The translations under genes and the position numbers were made by a program. A stretch of 64,000 nt of DNA from Acidobacteriota bacterium (GTDB taxonomy: Bacteria; Acidobacteriota; Vicinamibacteria; Vicinamibacterales; 2-12-FULL-66-21): contig JBKPTE010000004.1 in assembly GCA_046735335.1 (NCBI GenBank), positions 6,406 through 70,405 on the forward strand. The letters run 5' to 3'. Every line of letters begins with the position of its first letter. The first letter of the stretch is position 1. Shown piece after piece: positions 9,350 to 20,941 of the stretch. Below the pieces are notes generated by a model. That model did not search any database and was not told the DNA's origin. It saw nothing but the letters and a program-made list of their open reading frames with translations.

Positions 9350-10478
9350 CTGCGACCGAAGGAGCGCACCGACACCGATGCCGCGAGTCGCAGCCGTCTC
9401 GAGTTCATGAGCGGTCTCGCCCGACGCGATGCGCGCCGCGGTTCCGACGGAGGCGTACTGCTGGCGAACGAGTTCGAGCGCCTTCGCCGACCAGGGCATC
9501 AATGCGCAATCGAGGCACACCCAATCGGCGTTGAAGTGCTCCCAGAATTCGGACCGATCCAGCGCGGTTCGAAAGGAAGCGACAGCTCGCGTCCGAGCGC
9601 TGCACTCTCAAAGAGACGTCCCCTTCGCGTGTAGCAGATGCCGTTTTCCGCCTCGAGGACTCCGAACCGCTGGCGAGGCGCCTCCTCGTTGCGGCAGACG
9701 ATGAGGATCGCGCGTGAGCCCATGTGCTTCTGCTCGACGACTACCTGGCTGACGCCGTTCGTGCGGCAGTACGAAAACGGCTCCGCCGGATGCTCCAGAA
9801 GCCCTTCGCGCTTGCTCGTCTCGCTCGGCGACATCGTCGGCGGCAGTTAGATCAGCCACTTTGGATTCACCGCAAAGCGGCTCATGACCTCGAGGGCCGC
9901 CGCGGCGTTCTCCTCTCGAATCGTGATGTTCCGGTGCAGTCGCGTTTCGACGAGACGCTTACCGCGCACGTCGTCGATGTCGAGCAGATCGTCCTTGGCC
10001 TGTTGCGCGCTCAGTGGCGCGACAGCAGGAGGTACAAGGAACAGGCGAGCCGGCTCCGCACACGTGGCCGGCGCCCGCATGGAGATCAGCTCCTTTTCGG
10101 GCCACCGCAAGGCCGTGAGGCGTCCGCCGAACACGCATCCGCTGTCGATGTTAATCGTGCGATTCAGCCACCCGGGTTCGGGGATTGGCGTGTGGCCATA
10201 CCCGACGGCGGCACCGCCACGATATTCGGATGCCCAGTTGTAGCGAACGGGCAGGCCGAATTCGTCCGTCTCGCGAGTCGTCTCGCCGAACAAGGCGAAG
10301 TCTCTGACCGTTGCGGAGCCCCCTGCATCTCCGCCTTCATGCCGGCATGCGCGACGACCAGCCGGCCGTCGTTGAAGACGTAGTGGCTGACGAGACGGTC
10401 GACGAAATCCCGGACGGCCGTGCGGAACTCCGGCGACTGGAGATCCAGTTCAACGAGCGTTCGAATCGCCCGAGTAAA
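9350..10478 (-). pseudogene. pnkp: internal fragment of polynucleotide kinase-phosphatase/ligase Pnkp (phosphatase C-half plus ligase N-half), truncated at both ends and disrupted
   Basis: Pieces in three frames carry Pnkp hallmarks: SPEFRTAVRDFVDRLVSHYVFNDGRLVVAHAGM; GYGHTPIPEPGWLNRTINIDSGCVFGG; VVVEQKHMGSRAILIV (ligase lysine motif); DWVCLDCALMPWSAKA. There is a frameshift at the C5 run 10319-10323, an in-frame TAA at 9847-9849 where WLI-Y-LPPTMSP is expected, and a second frameshift near 9575-9590. The kinase domain and the C-terminus are absent. Confidence 0.8.
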
Positions 10479-10831
10479 CTATGATCCGGCGTGCCCGAGA
10501 TCGAGCCTACGTGCGCTCCGCTGGACGTTGCGTCCTGAACGATTGACCTCACCCGATCCCGACCGGAGCCATCCAGTCGATGGCTATCGGCGGTCGCGTC
10601 CATCGGCCGCGGACGCGAGTTGCCCGGTATCCGTCAGGCGCGGCGAACGGTCGTCGGCGCATTGCGGCGAGGATCGAGATGCGGCGGTTCTCGCCATGAC
10701 GAACCGGACACACACGGAGACATCGCAGTACACATGACCGACAGAGCCCGCGTGCAATCCATCGACATCCCTGGCGAACTGCGGGCGGCCGTCGGCTCGT
10801 GCATCGACCCCGGGCAGCAGGTCGCCGACGC

Positions 10832-13800
10832 ATGAACCGGGCAGGGCTGACCGGCGCGCGGGCACTGGGAACAGGCGAAGGCCTGCTGAGCATCGAGTTG
10901 CTCGAGGAGCACGCCCGTCGGCTCGCCGCGCTGCTCTCGATCGCATCCGGCCGGCGCCGCAGCGGCAGCGGCCGCGCCCATTTGCGGCGCCTCAAGGGAC
11001 ACATGCGCGCACTGCGCGAGGTCTATGCGCAGCTGGCGGAGGACGGCCGCAACGAGAAGATGTCACCGGCGGCGGAATGGCTGGTCGACAACTTCCACAT
11101 CATCTCGGCCGCCGCGCGCGATATTCATCACGATCTGCCGTCGGCGTTCTTCCGGCGGCTCCCCCACGTCGCGACCGACGAGTTCGCCGGACTTCCTCGG
11201 ATCCATGCGCTGGCTCTCGAGCTCATCGGATCGAGCGCCGGTCGTCTCGACGCGCAGCGACTGCAGCGGTTCATCAGCGCCTTCCAGGCGGTGACCCCGC
11301 TCACCATCGGCGAGCTGTGGGCGTGGCCGAGCGCGTTGAAACTGGCGCTGCTCGATCATCTGCGCGCACGCGGCGACGTCCTCGCCGCCACTCGCGTCCA
11401 CCGTGTCGCGGCCGATCGCCTGGCGGCGGCCGTCGAAGTGACACCGGCGGGATCACGAGTGTGGCCGTCAGACATCCATCACGCGTTCGTCACCCGCCTG
11501 CTGCAGCGTACGCGCACGCTCGGGGTCCTCGCCTCGGGACTCCACCAGGAGCTCGAAGCGGCGCTGACCGCACGCGGACAGACCGTCGAAGACGCGATTC
11601 GTGCCGAAGGCCAGCACGAAGCCGTCGAACAGGCGGGAGTCGCCAATCTGATCGGCAGCCTCCGCCTGATCTCCACGTTCGACTGGAGCGAGTTCTTCGA
11701 GAGCGTGAGCCTCGTCGAACAGGTGCTGCAGCGCGATCCAGCGGGCGTGTACGGCCGCATGGACTTCCGCAGCCGCGATCGGTACCGCCACGCGGTCGAA
11801 GAGCTCGCGGTACCGACCGGTGAAGGCCAGTTGCTGCTCGCGCTGAAGAGCATCGAGCGCGCCCGACAGGCGCACACGCGCACTCCGGATGCGCGGGCAT
11901 CGCACGTCGGCTATCACCTGATCGGCGGCGGCCGGCGCGTGTTCGAGCGCAGCGTCGCCTGGCATCCGGATCTGCGACACCGCGTGCGCCGGTTGTTCTT
12001 CGCATGGGCCACGCCGGGGTACCTGGGTACGATTGCCGCGGGGACCGTGCTCCTCGCATCGCTCGCCGCTGCAGTCGCTTGGTGGCACGGCTGGCGTGGC
12101 GCGTCGCTCGTGTTCGTCGCCCTGCTGGCGGCGGTACCGGCCAGCGAACTGGTCATCCAACTCCTGCAGCGCGTGATCAGCGCGCTGATTCCGCCGCGGC
12201 GGTTGCCACGGTTCGACCTCACGACGGTGGGCCCGGCCGCGCGCACGATGGTCATCGTTCCGACGCTGCTCGACAGCGTCGCGCGGGTCGAGGATCTGCT
12301 CGCGCACCTCGAGGTGCAGGCGCTCGGCAATCTCGATCCGCACATCCATTTCGCGATTCTGAGCGACTTTCCGGACGCACCGACCGAGACGATGCCGAAC
12401 GACGCCGCGATCCTCGACGCTGTGCGCGCAGGGATCGCCGCGCTCAACGCACGGCACGCCGACGACTCCGCCGGAGGGTTCTTCCTTTTCCACCGGCTGC
12501 GACAGTGGAACGATCGCGAACGGTTGTGGATGGGGTGGGAACGCAAACGCGGAAAGATCGAGGAATTCAACCGGCTGCTGCGCGGCGCCACCGATACGAG
12601 CTTCGTCGTGTGGGAGGGGGACCTGAGCGTCCTGCCGCAGGTCAAGTACTGCATCACGCTCGACAGCGACACGCGCCTGCCGCGCGGTGTCGCGCGCGAG
12701 CTGATTGGCGTCATCTCGCACCCGCTCAACCGCCCCACGTTCGATCCACGGGTCGGTCGCGTCACCGAAGGCTACGGCGTCCTCCAGCCGCGCGTCAGCG
12801 TTACGTTCACGAGCGCTGCCAGCTCGCTCTTCGCGCGACTCTATTCGGGACACACCGGCGTCGATCCCTACACCACAGCGGTCTCCGACACGTATCAGGA
12901 CCTCTTCGCCGAAGGGATCTTCACCGGCAAAGGGCTGTACGACGTCGACGCGTTCATCACCGCGCTCCAGGGATCCGTTCCCGAGAATGCGCTGCTCTCG
13001 CATGACCTCTTCGAGGGGCTCTACGCGCGTGTGGCGCTCGTGTCCGACGTCGAGCTGGTCGACGAGTATCCGTCGAGCGTGCTGTCGCACGCGCGACGGC
13101 AGCACCGCTGGATCCGCGGGGACTGGCAGATCCTTTTCTGGCTGTTTCCGTTCGTCCCGTCACGGCACGGCATCGTCCGCAACCCGCTGCCGATCATCGG
13201 CCGCTGGAAGATTCTCGACAACCTGCGCCGCAGCCTGGTGGCGCCGATGCTCCTGCTGCTCCTGATTGCCGGATGGACGGTGCTGCCCGGTCCGCGCTGG
13301 ATCTGGACGCTGGCGGTGATCGGGGTGACCGCGTCCCAGCTCCTGCCCGTCGTCGCGCGCCTGCTGGTCGGCCCCGGTCGGGCGCAGTCGTTCCCGGTCT
13401 TCCTTCGCAACGTCCGTCGCGACGCGGCGACGGCGGTGGCGCAGATTCTCCTGAGCGTCACGTTCCTCGCCTTCAGTGCGTTCGAGACCGCGCATGCGGT
13501 TGGGGTCACCGTCGCACGGCTCGCGTTCACGCGCCGGCGGCTGTTGGAATGGGAGACGGCGGCCACGGTCGCCGCCCGTGCCGCGGGACTCGTCGGTCAG
13601 CGGCTGCGCCGGTTCGCGGCCGAAATGGTGGCCAGCCCGGTGATCGCCCTCGTTGTGGCCGCCGTCATCGTGGTGCACGATCGCGACGCGCTGGTGATCG
13701 CGGCGCCGTTCCTCGTCCTCTGGTCGATCGCGCCGGCGGTCGCCTACTGGCTCAGCGTCCCGGTCGGCGCTCGGGTGCGGCCGTTGAACGAACGCGAACG

Positions 13801-16800
13801 GAGAGTCCTGCGCACGACGGCGCGCAAGACCTGGCGCTATTTCGACACGTTCGTCACCGAGGCGGACGGATGGCTTGCGCCCGACAACTTCCAGGAATAC
13901 GGCGACGTCCCGCAGTTGGCGCGTCGCACATCGCCGACCAATATCGGCATGAGTCTGCTGGCGACACTCGCGGCGCACGATCTCGGCTATCTGACCACCA
14001 GTGAGTTGATCGAGCGATTGGGTGCAACGATCCGGACGCTCGAAGGTCTCGAGCGCTACGAGGGACACTTCCTGAACTGGTACGACACCGCGACCCGTGC
14101 CCCACTGAACCCCCGCTATGTCTCGACGGTGGACAGCGGCAATCTCGCCGGCGCGCTGATCGCCGTCGCCCAGGGCCTGCTCCAGATCGAGCACCAGCCG
14201 CAAACCATCGGGCAGCGGCTGGAGGGCCTCGCCGATACCGCGGACCTGCTCGCCGCGGTGTCGTCCACGACCGTCGATGCGGCGACTGGCCAGGCGCTCG
14301 GAGAGCTCAATCGTCTGGCTCGCTCGATCGCCGAGGCGGCGCGATCGAGTGAAGCACTCCACGCCGTTGCCGCGATCGAAGCGCTGGCGAAGCAGCTCGT
14401 TGCCGCCATCGCGGCGATCGAGCGGCGGGCGGCGCACCCGGAGCCCACCGTGGCGTATTGGTCGAGCGCGGTGCGGCACGCCGTGGAGCAATGGAGGAAC
14501 GAGCCGGCAGTGCCGATCGATTCGCTGCGGGCGCTGGCCAGCCGTGCCTCGGCACTTGCCGACGCGATGAAGTTCGAGTTCCTGTACGACCGGCGGCGCC
14601 GTATCTTCTCCATCGGGTATCGCCTTGCCGATCACAACGGCGCCGGTCGACTGGACGCATCGTTCTACGACCTGCTGGCGTCCGAGGCGCGCCTGGCGAG
14701 CTTCGTCGCCATCGCCAAGGGCGACGTCCCACAGCACCACTGGTTCCATCTCGGCCGGCTGGTCACCAACGTCGATGGGCGCGCCGCGCTGATGTCGTGG
14801 GGCGGCACGATGTTCGAGTACCTGATGCCGCAGCTACTGCTGCGGAACTTCCCCGGGACGCTGCTCGATCAGAGCTGCCGCGCCAGCGTCCGACGACAGA
14901 TCGAGTACGGGCGGCAGCGCCGCGTCCCGTGGGGGATTTCGGAGTGCGCTTACGCGTTTACCGATCGCGAGGGGCACTATCAGTACCGCGCATTCGGCGT
15001 GCCCGGCCTGGGACTGAAGCGCGGGCTGTCCACCGACCTGGTGATCGCGCCGTATGCGACCGCTCTGGCCAGCCTGGTCACGCCGCCGGCAGCCGTCAAG
15101 AATCTCGAACGGCTGGGCGAGCTCGGCCTCGACGGGCAGTTTGGTTTCCACGAGGCGATCGACTACACGCCGCGCAGCCGTGACGTCGACACGCCTGGCG
15201 ACGCCCCGGTGCGTCCCGTCATCGTCCGCGCCTATTTCGCGCATCACCAGGGCATGTCGATCGTGGCGTTGGCGAACGTGATCTGCCACGACATCTTCGT
15301 CGACCGCTTTCACGCAGACCCGCGGGTGCAGGCAACGGAACCGCTGCTCCAGGAGCGCGTACCGCGCGAGGCGATCCTCTCCGAGCCGAGGCCGGCGGAG
15401 AGCACGACGGCGCCGCCATCGCTCCCAGTCTTTGCCTCGCGACGTTTCCGCTCGCCACACACCACCAACGTGCACACGCACTTCCTGTCGAACGGACGCT
15501 ATACCACCGCGGTCACCAACACCGGTGGTGGGTTCACCAGCTGGCGGGATCTCGCGATCACGCGTCGGCGCGACGACCGCACGTCGGATGCCGATGGACT
15601 GCACATCTACTTGCGCGACCCGTGGTCGGGAACTGTCTGGTCAGCCACGTATCAACCGGTATGTCGCGAGCCGGATCGGTTCGAGGCCACCTTCGACCTC
15701 GACGCGATCAAGTTCCGGCGACGCGACAACGATATCGAGACGCAGCTCCAGATCTGTGTGTCGTCGGAAGACGACGTCGATGTGCGGCGCCTGACGATCA
15801 CCAACCACAGCGCCCACACCCGCGAGATCGAGGTGACCAGCTACGCCGAGATCGTGCTCGGGCGCCCCGAAGACGATCTCGCCCATCCCGCGTTTGGAAA
15901 GCTGTTCGTCGAAACGGAGTTCGATCGGCAGAGCGCCGGCCTGCTGTTCCGCCGGCGGCCGCGGTCGACCGGCGAATCGCCGCTCGTCGCGTTCCACGTG
16001 CTCGGCGTCGACGGGCCGCGCCTCGGTGGCGCCGTCGAATGGGAAACCGACCGCGCCCGTTTCATCGGCCGCGGGCGCACGGCCGCCGATCCGATCGTGC
16101 TCGATGGTCGCGCGCTGTCCGGTACCACCGGCGCCGTGCTCGATCCGATCGGCGCCCTTCGCGAGCGCATACGACTGGCACCCGGCGCCAGCGTCAGGGT
16201 GGCTTTTGCCACCGGCGTCGCCGAGGGTCGCGACGCCGCGCTCGCGCTGGCGCGGAAGTATCGCGACGGCAGCGCTGCCGCGCGCGCCTTCTCGATGGCC
16301 TTCACCCACGTGCACATCACGCTGCAGCAACTCGGCTTCAGCGACGAGCAGGCCATGCTCTATGATCGTCTGGCCTCGCGCGTGTTCGGATCCGACGCGT
16401 CGCGGAGCAGCCCGGTGGATCTCGCGCGCAACACGCTCGGGCAGCAGAACCTGTGGGGCCACGGCATCTCCGGCGATCTGCCGATCCTTCTGCTTCGTGT
16501 CGACGCCGTCGACGCGCTGCCGCTCGTGCGCCAGGTGCTGATGGCGCAGGAGTACTGGCGGGTCAAAGGGCTGCGCGGAGACGTGGTCATCGTCAACGAG
16601 CACGCGGCGGACTATCTGGACGAGATGCAGCAGTTGCTCGCGCGGCTGATCCAGGAGCCGCCGTGGGCCGGCTGGAGCGGCAAGCCTGGCGGCGTGTTCC
16701 TGTTGCGCACGGATGCGATGGCTGATGTCGACCGGCACCTGCTGTCGGCAGTCGCGCGTGTAGTGCTGCGCGGCGATTTCGGCGATCTCGTGTCGCAGCT

Positions 16801-19363
16801 CGAAGCGCCGGCGCCGTGGATCTACGATGCCACCGATGTTCCCCGGTCCGCCAACCTGCCTCGCCCCGCACCGTCGCAGACCGCACTCGACGTCCCCTCG
16901 CTGGTGATGGAGAACGGGCTGGGCGGTTTCAGCACGACCGGTCGCGAATACATCGTCGTGCTCGAGGGCGACCGTGACACGCCGCTGCCATGGTCGAACG
17001 TCCTCGCCAATCCGGAGTTCGGCACGATCGTCAGCAGTTCCGGCGCGTCGTTCACGTGGGCGATCAACAGCCGCGAGAATCGGCTGACACCCTTCGCGAA
17101 CGATCCGCTCAGCGACCCCACCGCCGAGGCGATCTACCTGCGCGACGACGACTCGGGTGCGGTCTGGAGCGCAACGCCCGGACCAGTCCCGCGACACGAC
17201 GGCGATGGTCGATGGATTGTGCGTTATGCCGCGGGTGTAACGCGGTTCGCGCGCGCGATCGACGGCCTCGAGCACGAGCTGGCGATCTATGTCGCTCCCG
17301 ACGATCCCGTCAAGATCGCGGTGCTCACGCTGACCAACACCGGAGCGACGAGCCGACTGATCAGCGTGTTCGGCTATGTCGAATGGTGTCTCGGTCCGCC
17401 GCGCGCCGGCGAGCAACGCTTTGTGGTCACCGAATTCGAGGAGCAGGCCGAGGCGCTGCTGGCGCACAATGCCTACAACACCGAGTTCGGGGCCCGGGTC
17501 GCCTTCTGGCGAGCAACCGCTCCCGTCCGATCGCAGACCGCCGATCGCACGGAATTCATCGGCCGCAACCGCACGCTGGCCGCGCCGGCCGCGCTGTTTC
17601 GAGACCGACTCGCCGGACGTACCGGTGCCGCGCTCGATCCGTGTGGCGCGCTGCACGTGGGCGGACCGCTCGCGCCGGGTGAATCGCGGCGCGTTGCCTT
17701 CGTGCTCGGCCAAGGCGAGGATCGCGCGGCAGCGCTCGAACTGGCAGCCCGCTACTCCACGCTGGCGAGTGTGGAAGCGACGCTCACGGCGGTCGAGCGC
17801 GCGTGGGACGACACCCTCGACGCGGTACAGGTGCACACCCCGGACGATTCGTTCGACCTGCTCGTCAACCGGTGGCTGCTGTACCAGACGCTGGCCTGCC
17901 GTATATGGGCACGTAGTGGTCCATATCAGCCTGGGGGCGCCTTCGGTTTCCGAGACCAGCTGCAGGATGTGCTCGCGCTGATGTACGCGCGACCGGATCT
18001 CTGTCGCGCGCATCTCCTGCACGCCGCATCACGGCAGTTCGTCGAGGGGGACGTACAGCACTGGTGGCATCCGCCGAGCGGACGAGGCACGAGAACGCGT
18101 TGTTCCGACGACCTGCTCTGGCTGCCGTACGTGATGGCGCGGTACGTGTCCGAGAGCGGCGACGACTCGGTGCTCGATGAAGTGGTGCCGTTTCTCGAAG
18201 CACCGCTCCTCGAACCTGATCAGGCCGAGACCTATCTGCTGCCACGCGTGTCGGCGACTTCCGCCACGCTGTTCGAGCACGCGATCCGCGCCATCCGCCA
18301 CGCCAGGAAGTACGGCGCGCACGGACTGCCGCTGATTGGGTCCGGCGATTGGAACGATGGAATGAACCGCGTCGGCGAGAGGGGCCGCGGCGAGAGCGTC
18401 TGGCTCGGCTGGTTCCTCGTGACGGTGCTCAACCAGTTCGCACCGCTCTGCGAGAGCCGCGGCGAACTCGCGCTGGCCCAGAGCTATCGCGACGACGCCG
18501 AGTGGCTCCGCGGAATGCTCGAACTGGCCTGGGACGGCGACTGGTATCGGCGCGCGTATTTCGATGACGGCACGCCGCTCGGGTCGGTCCAGAACGAGGA
18601 ATGCAAGCTCGATTCGCTCACGCAGTCATGGGCGGTGATCTCCGGGTCGGCGACGCCCCGCCGCGCTGAACGCGCCATGAACGCCGTCCGCGCACATCTC
18701 GTGCGGCGTGACGCGCAGATTGTGCTGCTGCTCACGCCGCCCTTCGATCTCATGGCGCACGACCCCGGCTACATCAAGGGATATATCCCGGGCGTCCGTG
18801 AAAACGGCGGACAGTACACGCACGCCGCCGGATGGGCGGTGGTCGCGCTGGCTCGCCTCGGGATGGGCGGCGAGGCGATGGAACTGTTCCACATGCTCAA
18901 CCCCGTCAACCATATGCGGCGCGTGGAGGACCCCGATCGGTATCGCGCCGAACCCTATGTCGTGGCCGCAGACGTCTATGCGCATCCGATGCACGTCGGG
19001 CGTGGCGGCTGGACGTGGTATACGGGGTCCGCCGGGTGGCTGTACCAAGCCGCCATTCAGTCGCTCCTCGGCATCCATCGACAGGGAACCACGTTCGCTG
19101 TGGATCCCTGCATTCCAGCCGTCTGGCCCGAGTATTCGCTGGAATGGACTGTCGGTCGCACGCGCTACCGCCTGACGGTCTCGAATCCGAATCATCGCTC
19201 GCACGGCGTCAGCTCGGCGGAACTCGATGGCGTTCCGGTTGATGCGCGCGCGATCCCGCTCCTGGACGATGGTCGGCAACACAACGTATCCATCGTGCTG
19301 GGAGACAATCCGCCGGTCAGCAAGCTCCCGACGGCGGTTGCACGGAACGACGATGACCGGTGA
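10832..19363 (+). CDS. ndvB: cyclic beta-1,2-glucan synthase-like giant glycosyltransferase/GH94 protein (NdvB/ChvB/Cgs type)
   Basis: Uninterrupted 2854-codon ORF 10799..19363. It has an N-terminal processive GT region with [10 protein letters not shown] and [12 protein letters not shown] (QxxRW-type), a multi-TM core, and a C-terminal glycoside-phosphorylase-like half. Size and layout match the Cgs family. The start is ATG 10832 or GTG 10799. Confidence 0.85.
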   Translation: MNRAGLTGARALGTGEGLLSIELLEEHARRLAALLSIASGRRRSGSGRAHLRRLKGHMRALREVYAQLAEDGRNEKMSPAAEWLVDNFHIISAAARDIHHDLPSAFFRRLPHVATDEFAGLPRIHALALELIGSSAGRLDAQRLQRFISAFQAVTPLTIGELWAWPSALKLALLDHLRARGDVLAATRVHRVAADRLAAAVEVTPAGSRVWPSDIHHAFVTRLLQRTRTLGVLASGLHQELEAALTARGQTVEDAIRAEGQHEAVEQAGVANLIGSLRLISTFDWSEFFESVSLVEQVLQRDPAGVYGRMDFRSRDRYRHAVEELAVPTGEGQLLLALKSIERARQAHTRTPDARASHVGYHLIGGGRRVFERSVAWHPDLRHRVRRLFFAWATPGYLGTIAAGTVLLASLAAAVAWWHGWRGASLVFVALLAAVPASELVIQLLQRVISALIPPRRLPRFDLTTVGPAARTMVIVPTLLDSVARVEDLLAHLEVQALGNLDPHIHFAILSDFPDAPTETMPNDAAILDAVRAGIAALNARHADDSAGGFFLFHRLRQWNDRERLWMGWERKRGKIEEFNRLLRGATDTSFVVWEGDLSVLPQVKYCITLDSDTRLPRGVARELIGVISHPLNRPTFDPRVGRVTEGYGVLQPRVSVTFTSAASSLFARLYSGHTGVDPYTTAVSDTYQDLFAEGIFTGKGLYDVDAFITALQGSVPENALLSHDLFEGLYARVALVSDVELVDEYPSSVLSHARRQHRWIRGDWQILFWLFPFVPSRHGIVRNPLPIIGRWKILDNLRRSLVAPMLLLLLIAGWTVLPGPRWIWTLAVIGVTASQLLPVVARLLVGPGRAQSFPVFLRNVRRDAATAVAQILLSVTFLAFSAFETAHAVGVTVARLAFTRRRLLEWETAATVAARAAGLVGQRLRRFAAEMVASPVIALVVAAVIVVHDRDALVIAAPFLVLWSIAPAVAYWLSVPVGARVRPLNERERRVLRTTARKTWRYFDTFVTEADGWLAPDNFQEYGDVPQLARRTSPTNIGMSLLATLAAHDLGYLTTSELIERLGATIRTLEGLERYEGHFLNWYDTATRAPLNPRYVSTVDSGNLAGALIAVAQGLLQIEHQPQTIGQRLEGLADTADLLAAVSSTTVDAATGQALGELNRLARSIAEAARSSEALHAVAAIEALAKQLVAAIAAIERRAAHPEPTVAYWSSAVRHAVEQWRNEPAVPIDSLRALASRASALADAMKFEFLYDRRRRIFSIGYRLADHNGAGRLDASFYDLLASEARLASFVAIAKGDVPQHHWFHLGRLVTNVDGRAALMSWGGTMFEYLMPQLLLRNFPGTLLDQSCRASVRRQIEYGRQRRVPWGISECAYAFTDREGHYQYRAFGVPGLGLKRGLSTDLVIAPYATALASLVTPPAAVKNLERLGELGLDGQFGFHEAIDYTPRSRDVDTPGDAPVRPVIVRAYFAHHQGMSIVALANVICHDIFVDRFHADPRVQATEPLLQERVPREAILSEPRPAESTTAPPSLPVFASRRFRSPHTTNVHTHFLSNGRYTTAVTNTGGGFTSWRDLAITRRRDDRTSDADGLHIYLRDPWSGTVWSATYQPVCREPDRFEATFDLDAIKFRRRDNDIETQLQICVSSEDDVDVRRLTITNHSAHTREIEVTSYAEIVLGRPEDDLAHPAFGKLFVETEFDRQSAGLLFRRRPRSTGESPLVAFHVLGVDGPRLGGAVEWETDRARFIGRGRTAADPIVLDGRALSGTTGAVLDPIGALRERIRLAPGASVRVAFATGVAEGRDAALALARKYRDGSAAARAFSMAFTHVHITLQQLGFSDEQAMLYDRLASRVFGSDASRSSPVDLARNTLGQQNLWGHGISGDLPILLLRVDAVDALPLVRQVLMAQEYWRVKGLRGDVVIVNEHAADYLDEMQQLLARLIQEPPWAGWSGKPGGVFLLRTDAMADVDRHLLSAVARVVLRGDFGDLVSQLEAPAPWIYDATDVPRSANLPRPAPSQTALDVPSLVMENGLGGFSTTGREYIVVLEGDRDTPLPWSNVLANPEFGTIVSSSGASFTWAINSRENRLTPFANDPLSDPTAEAIYLRDDDSGAVWSATPGPVPRHDGDGRWIVRYAAGVTRFARAIDGLEHELAIYVAPDDPVKIAVLTLTNTGATSRLISVFGYVEWCLGPPRAGEQRFVVTEFEEQAEALLAHNAYNTEFGARVAFWRATAPVRSQTADRTEFIGRNRTLAAPAALFRDRLAGRTGAALDPCGALHVGGPLAPGESRRVAFVLGQGEDRAAALELAARYSTLASVEATLTAVERAWDDTLDAVQVHTPDDSFDLLVNRWLLYQTLACRIWARSGPYQPGGAFGFRDQLQDVLALMYARPDLCRAHLLHAASRQFVEGDVQHWWHPPSGRGTRTRCSDDLLWLPYVMARYVSESGDDSVLDEVVPFLEAPLLEPDQAETYLLPRVSATSATLFEHAIRAIRHARKYGAHGLPLIGSGDWNDGMNRVGERGRGESVWLGWFLVTVLNQFAPLCESRGELALAQSYRDDAEWLRGMLELAWDGDWYRRAYFDDGTPLGSVQNEECKLDSLTQSWAVISGSATPRRAERAMNAVRAHLVRRDAQIVLLLTPPFDLMAHDPGYIKGYIPGVRENGGQYTHAAGWAVVALARLGMGGEAMELFHMLNPVNHMRRVEDPDRYRAEPYVVAADVYAHPMHVGRGGWTWYTGSAGWLYQAAIQSLLGIHRQGTTFAVDPCIPAVWPEYSLEWTVGRTRYRLTVSNPNHRSHGVSSAELDGVPVDARAIPLLDDGRQHNVSIVLGDNPPVSKLPTAVARNDDDR

Positions 19364-19710
19364 TCTGAAAGCGGAGAGATGGGGGAGCGGACTATCGGCA
19401 CTTTCTTCGAAGCGCAGCCTTCTCACTGAGGCTGCCGCTTAGCCGTGGTGATTACGGCGTAAGCTCGCGCAGACTGCGCAGGCCCGTACCACTAACCTTC
19501 TCGCATGTGGGACGCCCCCGCCCTTGACGTTCGGCACTCGATCCGCAGTTTGCGGCGGGCGCAAAGCCGCTGGCAGATCTCCCGACTCCGATTGACAAGT
19601 GAACGATGGTCGCCCGCATCGGGCGGCGCATCTCCCGTAGATTGCACCTCCGACGCCGACAACCAAAATTCTTCGTGTGTTACACTCCGGTTCGTCACCG
19701 CGGATGACGG

Positions 19711-20376
19711 CTATTCCCGCAAGACGACGGTCAATAGTGAGTTGTTGATCTTCAAACCTCCGTTGTACTCGATGAACCCGAGCTTCCTAAATTTATTCAT
19801 GAAGAAGTTGACGCGTGAACGCGTGGTGCCCACCATCTCAGCCAACGTTTCTTGAGAGACCTTGGGCAAGACGCGGTGCGCTGCGTCGGGCTCGCCGTAA
19901 CGCGCCAGCAGGAGCAGCGTGCGCGCGAGCCGCTTCTCGCTCGAGTTGAAGAGTTGATCGATGAGATCCTCCTCAATGCGGATGTTCCTGGTGAGCATGT
20001 GCTTCAGGAAACGGTCAGCGAAAGCGGGCTCCGCATGAAGGTGGCGCACCATATCGGTCTTCGCAATCGTTATGACCGTGCAGCGATTCATCGCGGCGGC
20101 CGTGGCCATCCGCTGCGCCTGGCCCGCAAGGCAACCCTCACCGAAAAAATGCCCGGACTCCAGCACCGCTATGACCGCTTCTTTGCCGGCGTGCGAGATA
20201 ACGGACAACCGCACCGCCCCCTTCTCGACGTACATGACGCTCGTCGCCGAATCGCCCTGCGCAAATATCGTCGTACCCGCGCCGTACTCGAGCCGCTGGG
20301 TCCCACCGCCGCCCCAGTCGATGGTGTCTCCCGGGTCGGCGGTGGGCACCGTCCGTGCCCTCTTCGATTTCGACAT
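19711..20376 (-). CDS. Crp/Fnr-family transcriptional regulator (cNMP-binding domain plus HTH)
   Basis: 221-aa ORF with a beta-roll (FFGEGCLAG) and a C-terminal HTH (SQETLAEMVGTTRSRVNFFMNKFRKLGFI). Confidence 0.85.
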   Translation of the reverse strand: MSKSKRARTVPTADPGDTIDWGGGGTQRLEYGAGTTIFAQGDSATSVMYVEKGAVRLSVISHAGKEAVIAVLESGHFFGEGCLAGQAQRMATAAAMNRCTVITIAKTDMVRHLHAEPAFADRFLKHMLTRNIRIEEDLIDQLFNSSEKRLARTLLLLARYGEPDAAHRVLPKVSQETLAEMVGTTRSRVNFFMNKFRKLGFIEYNGGLKINNSLLTVVLRE

Positions 20377-20941
20377 AGTTCATCGCCTTCATTCCGAGCG
20401 GTTCGTCTGCACGGGACAGGGCGACGGTGCAACCGTTCAGCAGAGACGAAGAGTGACCTTCACGATATTCGGTCGGGACGGAACCAGACCACCAATGGCG
20501 CCGGTCGGTTGAGCCTCCGCTAGCCGCCGCGCCGTCACGGCACGGACAGCACACATACGGGATAAGTGAACTCTCCAGCAGACCTGATTCGCGCCCCGTG
20601 ACCGACCCGACCCGTCGACCCCGGCGGCGTCCCAGGCGTGAACCAAGTCCTGTCATGAGCCAACGCGCCACTCCTTCAACTTGCGAGGGGACCCGCCACC
20701 GATCGCCGGAACGATCACTAATTCGAGATGCGTGACGGGCTGCGATCGCGGTCCGAATGGGGACTCGTCGCCCCGCGCCTTGTGCGTGCGTCCGTCGCGG
20801 TGTCCGGCTGCGCTACCGGTTCGAACCGCTGCGCGTCCCCCCTGTCATATGTGCAACGGTCAGAATTGCCAGCGTCCACGCTTCTAGATCGCTGCGGGAA
20901 CTGAGACGCACTCGGTCGAATGAGCCCCACGCGGCCGATTA

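Noticed and set aside
11468-18022. Long antisense ORFs inside the glucan synthase gene (11468..13105, 13160..14749, 15641..18022; 529-793 aa)
   Set aside because: These are Arg/Pro/Gly-rich, low-complexity translations on the strand opposite a conserved, motif-bearing 2854-codon gene. They are typical shadow ORFs of high-GC DNA.
19410-19440. Imperfect hairpin (AAGCGCAGCC...GGCTGCCGCTT) between the convergent glucan synthase and Crp genes as a bidirectional terminator
   Set aside because: The stem has a bulge and no U-tract on either side. It is plausible but not supportable from sequence alone.
20138-20671. 177-aa ORF upstream of and overlapping the Crp/Fnr gene
   Set aside because: It overlaps the well-supported regulator out of frame, and its upstream part is Arg/Gly-rich. 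The region 20377-20941 is treated as non-coding or decayed.
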